DNA of 32,000 nt, from assembly GCF_000011805.1 (NCBI RefSeq), contig NC_006841.2, one strand, 5' to 3'. How positions within the stretch are numbered: the stretch's first letter is position 1; the number at the start of each line of letters is the position of its first letter. The position numbers and the translations under genes are program-made. Of this stretch, positions 23,501 to 28,863 are shown piece after piece. A model generated the notes under the pieces. It ran no database searches and had not been told where the DNA came from. It was given only the letters and a program-made list of their open reading frames with translations. The stretch is from Aliivibrio fischeri ES114 (GTDB lineage: Bacteria; Pseudomonadota; Gammaproteobacteria; Enterobacterales; Vibrionaceae).

Positions 23501-26325
23501 GTATCTAAAGTGATCGTCGGTGGATTCGGTGGAATTTCATCTATATCTGTTACTGTAATATCAAAGCTTTCTTGGCTTGTTGAGCCATCGGTAGAAGTGG
23601 CAATGATCGTGATAGAGTGAGAATCGGCAACTTCATGATCAAGATTGCCAATTAATGTCACTACACCTGTGGTTGCGTCGATAGCAAATAACCCAGCATC
23701 AATATCTGCTTGTGATAATGCATAAGTCACATCATCACCATCTGGATCTGCCGCAAGACCTGTAATATTTACAACCGAGCCAATCTCAGCATTCTCTGAA
23801 ACCGTATTTTCAGCAGTATTTGAATCCGTTACCGGACCCACATCGTTATCCGTGTCGCCGCCGCCCGGTGTCGAACCATCTACATCCGTCACCGCAATAT
23901 CAAAGCTTTCTTGGCTTGTTGAGCCATCGGTAGAAGTGGCTATGATGGTGATAGAGTGAGAGTCTGCGACTTCATGATCTAAGTTACCAATTAATGTCAC
24001 TACACCTGTAGTGGCATCAATAGCAAATAACCCAGCATCAATATCTGCTTGTGATAATGCATAAGTCACATCATCGCCATCTGGATCTGTCGCAAGACCT
24101 GTAATGTTTACGACCGTGCCAATTTCAGCATTCTCTGAAATCGTATTATCCGCTGTATTTGAATCTGTAACAGGACCTACATCGTTATCGGTATCGCCAC
24201 CGCCCGGTGTCGAACCATCCGCATCCGTTACTGTAATATCAAAACTTTCTTGGCTTGTTGAGCCATCGGTAGATGTCGCAATGATGGTGATAGAGTGAGA
24301 ATCGGCAACTTCATGATCAAGATTGCCAATTAATGTCACTACACCTGTGGTTGCGTCGATAGCAAATAACCCAGCATCAATATCTGCTTGTGATAATGCA
24401 TAAGTCACATCATCACCATCTGGATCTGCCGCAAGACCTGTAATATTTACAACCGAGCCAATCTCAGCATTCTCTGAAACCGTATTTTCAGCAGTATTTG
24501 AATCCGTTACCGGACCCACATCGTTATCCGTGTCGCCGCCGCCCGGTGTCGAACCATCTACATCCGTCACCGCAATATCAAAGCTTTCTTGGCTTGTTGA
24601 GCCATCGGTAGAAGTGGCTATGATGGTGATAGAGTGAGAGTCTGCGACTTCATGATCTAAGTTACCAATTAATGTCACTACACCTGTAGTGGCATCAATA
24701 GCAAATAACCCAGCATCAATATCTGCTTGTGATAATGCATAAGTCACATCATCGCCATCTGGATCTGTCGCAAGACCTGTAATGTTTACGACCGTGCCAA
24801 TTTCAGCATTCTCTGAAATCGTATTATCCGCTGTATTTGAATCTGTAACAGGACCTACATCGTTATCGGTATCGCCACCGCCCGGTGTCGAACCATCCGC
24901 ATCCGTTACTGTAATATCAAAACTTTCTTGGCTTGTTGAGCCATCGGTAGATGTCGCAATGATCGTGATAGAGTGAGAATCGGCTACTTCATGATCAAGA
25001 TTGCCAATTAACGTCACAACACCTGTGGTTGCATCAATAGCAAACAGACCTTTCGCAATATCTGCATCTGAGAGCTTATAACTAACCTCATCACCGTCTG
25101 GATCTGTCGCAAGACCTGTAATGTTTACGACCGTGCCAATTTCAGCATTTTCTGACAGGGTATTTTCAGCAGTATTTGAATCTGTAACAGGACCCACATC
25201 GTTATCGGTATCGCCACCACCCGGTGTCGAACCATCTGCATCCGTTACTGCAATATCAAAGCTTTCTTGGCTTGTTGAGCCATCGGTAGATGTCGCAATG
25301 ATGGTAATAGAATGAGAATCCGCAATGTCATGATCGAGATTGCCAATCAAGGTCACCACACCTGTGGTTGCGTCGATAGCAAATAATCCAGCGTCAATGT
25401 CGGCTTGTGATAATGCGTAAGTCACATCATCTCCATCAGGATCAACGGCAAGGCCAGTAATATTTACAACCGTGCCAATCTCAGCATTCTCTGAAATCGT
25501 ATTATCCGCTGCATTCGAGTCCGTTACCGGGCCTACATCGTTATCGGTATCGCCGCCGCCCGGCGTCGAGCCATCCGCGTCCGTTACCGTAATATCAAAA
25601 CTGGCTTCACTTGTTGAGCCATCGGTAGAAGTGGCAATAATAGTGATAGAGTGAGAATCGGCAACTTCATGATCAAGATTACCAATCAGTGTCACCACAC
25701 CTGTGGTTGCGTCGATTTCAAATAACCCAGCATCAATATCTGCTTGTGATAATGCATAAGTCACATCATCGCCATCTGGATCAGTCGCAAGACCTGTGAT
25801 ATTTACTTTATTTCCTATAATTGTATTTTCTGAAACTAGGTTCGCCCTCGTATCATCATCCACAACATTACTAATGATTGTATTATTTGTCCCTTTGAAA
25901 CCTTCATTATCAATACTACCGTTTTCTCTATAGGCTTTATATTGTTCTAATAATGTTAAGCTCTGTGTTTTAGAAAAACCAATTGCTTCTAATGAAGAAG
26001 TATCAAAATCAGTTTCAGCTATAGAACTTTTACCTATTCGTTCAATCTCAGTAGACGTTGTTAAACTTGATCCTGAATCTTCACCAGCAGCTGGTGCTTC
26101 GGTAATTAAGGAAGGATCCTCCCCATCAATAATGGCGTTTAGAATCTCTTCAATATCCTTATTTTCTTCAGGTATATCATTAGGATCTAACGATACATTC
26201 TCATTACCATTATTAAGTAAAATTTCCCCGGGTAATACTTTATCGCCTGCATTGATTAGTTTTAAATTGCCATTTTTATCAATGACAATAAGTTGTTCTT
26301 TGCTTGCTGATATATTTAAGGCCAT
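14524..26325 (-). CDS. Giant (3,933 aa) T1SS-secreted, LapA-class repeat adhesin. Order of parts: retention module, di-alanine site, cadherin-like repeats, Ig-like repeats, central module, vWA domain, RTX repeats
   Basis: One uninterrupted 11.8-kb ORF. The AGGA-containing sequence TAGGAAT lies upstream of the ATG. There is no N-terminal signal peptide. The C-terminus has GGxGxD nonapeptide repeats and an acidic/hydrophobic tail ([13 protein letters not shown]) typical of T1SS substrates. It is flanked by T1SS OMP, ABC and LapD-like genes. The sub-features are listed separately below. Confidence 0.9.
   Translation of the reverse strand: [3933 protein letters not shown]
14842..14985 (-). repeat. 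C-terminal RTX nonapeptide (GGxGxD) calcium-binding repeats of the adhesin
   Basis: Encodes [47 protein letters not shown]. Confidence 0.8.
15385..15975 (-). other. von Willebrand factor A (vWA) domain with a complete MIDAS motif, inside the adhesin
   Basis: [14 protein letters not shown] gives DxSxS (D-S-S-G-S at 15928..15942). GGGTDYSEA supplies the Thr and [11 protein letters not shown] supplies the Asp. The span is about 195 aa. Boundaries are approximate. Confidence 0.65.
16531..16685 (-). repeat. Internal RTX-like glycine/aspartate repeat block of the adhesin
   Basis: Encodes [51 protein letters not shown], a degenerate GGxGxD-type periodicity upstream of the vWA domain. Confidence 0.55.
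18096..19745 (-). repeat. Diverged Ig-like modules of the adhesin, present as two pairs
   Basis: Pair 1 is ...[57 protein letters not shown]... and its copy ...[57 protein letters not shown]..., 642 nt apart. Pair 2 is tandem: [52 protein letters not shown]... and [52 protein letters not shown]... Confidence 0.6.
19746..23544 (-). repeat. Array of 15 tandem Ig-like repeats (84-87 aa; 252-261 nt, modal 255 nt) in the adhesin
   Basis: Counted from the translation. The unit is [85 protein letters not shown]. An 84-aa variant has [13 protein letters not shown], and one 87-aa unit has a TP insertion. The motif pattern (TND..., D-x-AGN-x-S) resembles bacterial Ig-like (Big_13-type) domains; that family assignment is from memory. 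Confidence 0.85.
23545..25866 (-). repeat. Array of 7 tandem cadherin-like repeats (113 aa, 339 nt) in the adhesin
   Basis: The unit is [113 protein letters not shown]. It has cadherin-type features: a TG.V.L...LDhE core and a DTDNDVGP linker resembling the DxNDNxP Ca-binding motif. The first unit is the most diverged. Confidence 0.85.
26083..26094 (-). other. Candidate LapG-type protease site: di-alanine motif P78-A79-A80-G81
   Basis: The reverse complement of 26083..26094 is CCA GCT GCT GGT (PAAG), in the context [19 protein letters not shown] directly after the N-terminal module. It fits the [T/A/P]-A-A-[G/V] consensus described for LapA-like substrates, as I recall it. Confidence 0.6.
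26095..26325 (-). other. N-terminal retention-module-like segment of the adhesin (residues 1-77)
   Basis: [46 protein letters not shown]... has the same pattern as LapA-class N-termini: a short beta-rich segment containing ...G(D/E)xL.xGExLL... and no Sec signal peptide. Confidence 0.55.
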
Positions 26326-26864
26326 GAAGAGATTCCTAAATCCATTTATTCATATTAACTATCTCCATCCAAGATCATAGTTATCTACGCAATAAATTTA
26401 TCACACCCTTAACATTTCATCCACAAAGTAACATCATCAAAAACTAGATAACTAACGTATGTTATCGGTCTTTTTTTCATGATTTCTTAATTTTACGCCC
26501 GAGCTCACAAATGTGATATTTATTCCAAAATAAGTGTAAGATTATTTAACAGAGGAACTTACCTCTCTCTTTTTTAAGACAAAGAAGTTAAAAATCTCAG
26601 TTATGTGCCTAATAAAATTTGCTTTTTTATTCTGTTTTTATCGAAACCTTCAACTTTATTTTATTTTATTTGTGCAAAAATGTTACTAATTATATTTCAA
26701 CAAGTTATTTTTTGCTTTTCAAGTCAACATAACGTAGCATTTCTAACAAATAGTACACATAATAAGTACAGAGTAATGACATTATGTTATTATTAACTCA
26801 TTGATAAAATTGTTAATACCTTCTTCATTTATGGTTTAAAGATACGATTATTAGGAGAAACACT

Positions 26865-28181
26865 TTGAAATGGATAAAACTCGCAACATGCAGCAGTTTG
26901 CTTGTTTTGAGCGTATCTTCACAAGCTCAAACTTTAGAGCAAGCAATATCTCAAACCTTAACGACGAATCCTGAGGTAAAGAAAGCTTATAACTCTTATA
27001 TGAGCTTTGTTGAGGATAGTAATAGTGTTGATGGTAATTATTTACCTTCTATAGATCTTGATGCTGGTATTGGATATGAACAAATCAACCCAGCAAGCGG
27101 AAACGACACAAGCTTAACCCGAAAAGATGCAACGCTATCTCTAACCCAATTAATCTGGGATGGCTCAAACACGATCAATGATATGGATCGAACGGAAGCT
27201 GAAGCTGAATCTGCAAGATTACAACTGCTATCTTTAGCTGAAAACAAAGCTCTTGATGTGTCACAAGTTTATTTAGATGCGGTTAAAGCAACTGAAATTC
27301 TCGCATTATCTGAAAGCAATCTAGCTATTCATAAGAAAATTTATAAAGACATAAAAAAACGAGCGGCTTCTGGGATAGGCTCAACAGCTGATGTATCTCA
27401 AGTTGAAGCTCGTATCGCTAGAGCTCATGGTAATTTACTTGCTGCTCAAAATAACCTTTTTGATACTCATACTGTATTTACACAAATTGTAGGCTCTCCT
27501 CCTCAAGCTCTTATATACCCAAGAGCAGATGCGAATACCTTACCTTTAAGTTTACAAGAAGGTATTGATAGAGCATTTAAACATCATCCAGTAATTTTAA
27601 CTGCTCAATCAGATATTCAAGCAGCTAAATTTCAATATGCTCAATCAAAAAGTAATAACTATCCAACATTTTCCTTAGAAGCTGCTCAAACATGGCGTGA
27701 TGACGCGGGAGGCATTGAAGGTAATAGTGACGAGTTTTCTGCAATGGTTCGCATGCGCTATAACCTATACAATGGCGGCACGGATAGCTCTCTATCTGAA
27801 AAAAGCGCATATCAATTAAATATGGCGAAAGATTTGCGAGATAGTGCTTATAGAAATGTAGAACAAGGCCTGCGCTTGTCTTGGAGTGCGCTAGATTTAA
27901 CCTTACAACAAAAAGAATTTTTAGCCGATCACGTTGATGCAGCGACAGATACCGTCATTGCTTATGAAAAACAATATCGTATAGGTAAACGTACACTACT
28001 CGATTTACTCAATACTGAAAATGAACTTTTTGAAGCAAGAAAATCATATCTTGATGCTCACTATGCAGAACAATTTGCAAAATACAGAGTATTGCACGCA
28101 ACTGGAACATTATTACCATCACTGTTAATCGATACTCCACAAGAGTGGGACAATAAAAACGAAAAAGAAGAGGAGAAATAA
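26865..28181 (+). CDS. lapE: TolC-family type I secretion outer-membrane protein (LapE-like)
   Basis: 438 aa. The TTG start lies 7 nt after AGGAG (26853..26857). It has a signal peptide (MKWIKLATCSSLLVLSVSSQA) and the two-fold TolC repeat architecture. The N-terminal LEQAISQTLTTNPEVKKA is typical of TolC-family T1SS OMPs. It is divergent from the adhesin gene. Confidence 0.85.
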   Translation: MKWIKLATCSSLLVLSVSSQAQTLEQAISQTLTTNPEVKKAYNSYMSFVEDSNSVDGNYLPSIDLDAGIGYEQINPASGNDTSLTRKDATLSLTQLIWDGSNTINDMDRTEAEAESARLQLLSLAENKALDVSQVYLDAVKATEILALSESNLAIHKKIYKDIKKRAASGIGSTADVSQVEARIARAHGNLLAAQNNLFDTHTVFTQIVGSPPQALIYPRADANTLPLSLQEGIDRAFKHHPVILTAQSDIQAAKFQYAQSKSNNYPTFSLEAAQTWRDDAGGIEGNSDEFSAMVRMRYNLYNGGTDSSLSEKSAYQLNMAKDLRDSAYRNVEQGLRLSWSALDLTLQQKEFLADHVDAATDTVIAYEKQYRIGKRTLLDLLNTENELFEARKSYLDAHYAEQFAKYRVLHATGTLLPSLLIDTPQEWDNKNEKEEEK

Positions 28182-28183
28182 TT

Positions 28184-28792
28184 ATGAAGCAATCAATTTA
28201 CCCTCTAATTATTGCTAGCCTTTTCTTAACAGGCTGTGTTTCAGGTGATAAAGATTACATTGAAACACCTACATCAGATCAAATCGCAGATTTAAGAGAT
28301 GATGACAATGATGGTGTAATTAACGCAAGAGACATTTGTCCTGGAACCCCTAGAGGTGCTCAAATTGACAATGATGGCTGCGCAGAATATGTCGAGCATT
28401 CAGATAAAAAAGATCTGAAGATCTTGTTTGCAAATGACTCATCAGAAATATCCCCAATATTCAAAACTGAAATACGCACCATGGCGGAATTTTTAGAAGA
28501 GTACCCTGAAACATCGATTCAACTACAAGGATTTGCAAGCCAACAAGGTAATGCTGAATATAATATTCGCTTATCAGAATTACGAGCTGCTGCTGTACGT
28601 GTCGCTTTAATCGAATATGGCGTTGATCCTCAACGTATTGAAACCATAGGCTTTGGTGACACACTATTAACAGCTAAAGGCGACTCAGCTGTTAGCCATG
28701 CTCTAAACCGTCGTGTAGTAGCGACAGTAGTTGGATTTAAGGGTGACGTTGTCAATGAATGGAATATTTTTACATCTCGTAAAAAGAGATAA
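28184..28792 (+). CDS. OmpA-family lipoprotein with thrombospondin type-3-like Ca-binding repeats
   Basis: 202 aa with lipobox LTGC (MKQSIYPLIIASLFLTGC) and TSP3-like DDDNDGVINARDICPGTPRGAQIDNDGC. The C-terminal OmpA-like peptidoglycan-binding domain shows NAEYNIRLSELRAAAVRVAL...NRRV. The ATG is 2 nt after the TolC-like stop. Confidence 0.85.
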   Translation: MKQSIYPLIIASLFLTGCVSGDKDYIETPTSDQIADLRDDDNDGVINARDICPGTPRGAQIDNDGCAEYVEHSDKKDLKILFANDSSEISPIFKTEIRTMAEFLEEYPETSIQLQGFASQQGNAEYNIRLSELRAAAVRVALIEYGVDPQRIETIGFGDTLLTAKGDSAVSHALNRRVVATVVGFKGDVVNEWNIFTSRKKR

Positions 28793-28805
28793 CATTATCT
28801 AGCCA

Positions 28806-28845
28806 GAAAAAAGCCCCTCAATGACATTCATTAAGGGGCTTTTTA
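28806..28845. terminator. Bidirectional rho-independent terminator (OmpA-like / ABC convergent pair)
   Basis: Stem AAGCCCCT (28811..28818) / AGGGGCTT (28834..28841) with a 15-nt loop that can itself pair (ATGA..TCAT). It is flanked by AAAAAA and TTTTT. Confidence 0.75.
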
Positions 28846-28863
28846 TTACAGAATAAAAGAAGT

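Noticed and set aside
16982-25654. About twenty plus-strand ORFs of 60-164 aa lying antisense to the adhesin gene (for example 20657..21127, 21140..21634, 23069..23413).
   Set aside because: They are low-complexity (S/V/T/P-rich) and repeat with the same 255- or 339-nt periodicity as the sense-strand repeats. All lie fully inside an 11.8-kb ORF that has strong domain content. They are stop-free antisense frames produced by the codon composition of the repeats, not genes.
19746-25866. Highly periodic repeats that could superficially suggest a CRISPR array or satellite DNA.
   Set aside because: The units are contiguous with no unique spacers, they are 252-339 nt long, and they maintain a single reading frame encoding folded-domain-like sequence. 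They are protein tandem repeats.
26605-26796. A 63-aa hydrophobic ORF in the adhesin/T1SS intergenic region; the 82-aa ORF at 26132..26380 was also considered.
   Set aside because: The first lies in extremely AT-rich DNA where Phe/Leu/Ile-rich frames arise by chance, it has no SD sequence, and the ORF track lists a GTG start. The second is antisense to the adhesin 5' end.
26326-26864. A search for a c-di-GMP riboswitch (GEMM-I/II) in the leaders of the adhesin or T1SS genes.
   Set aside because: On neither strand did I see the GC-rich conserved helices or the GGCAAA / ACGCAAAGCC-type elements I remember from GEMM-I. The region is almost devoid of G/C runs. A covariance-model scan (Rfam) would be needed to be definitive.
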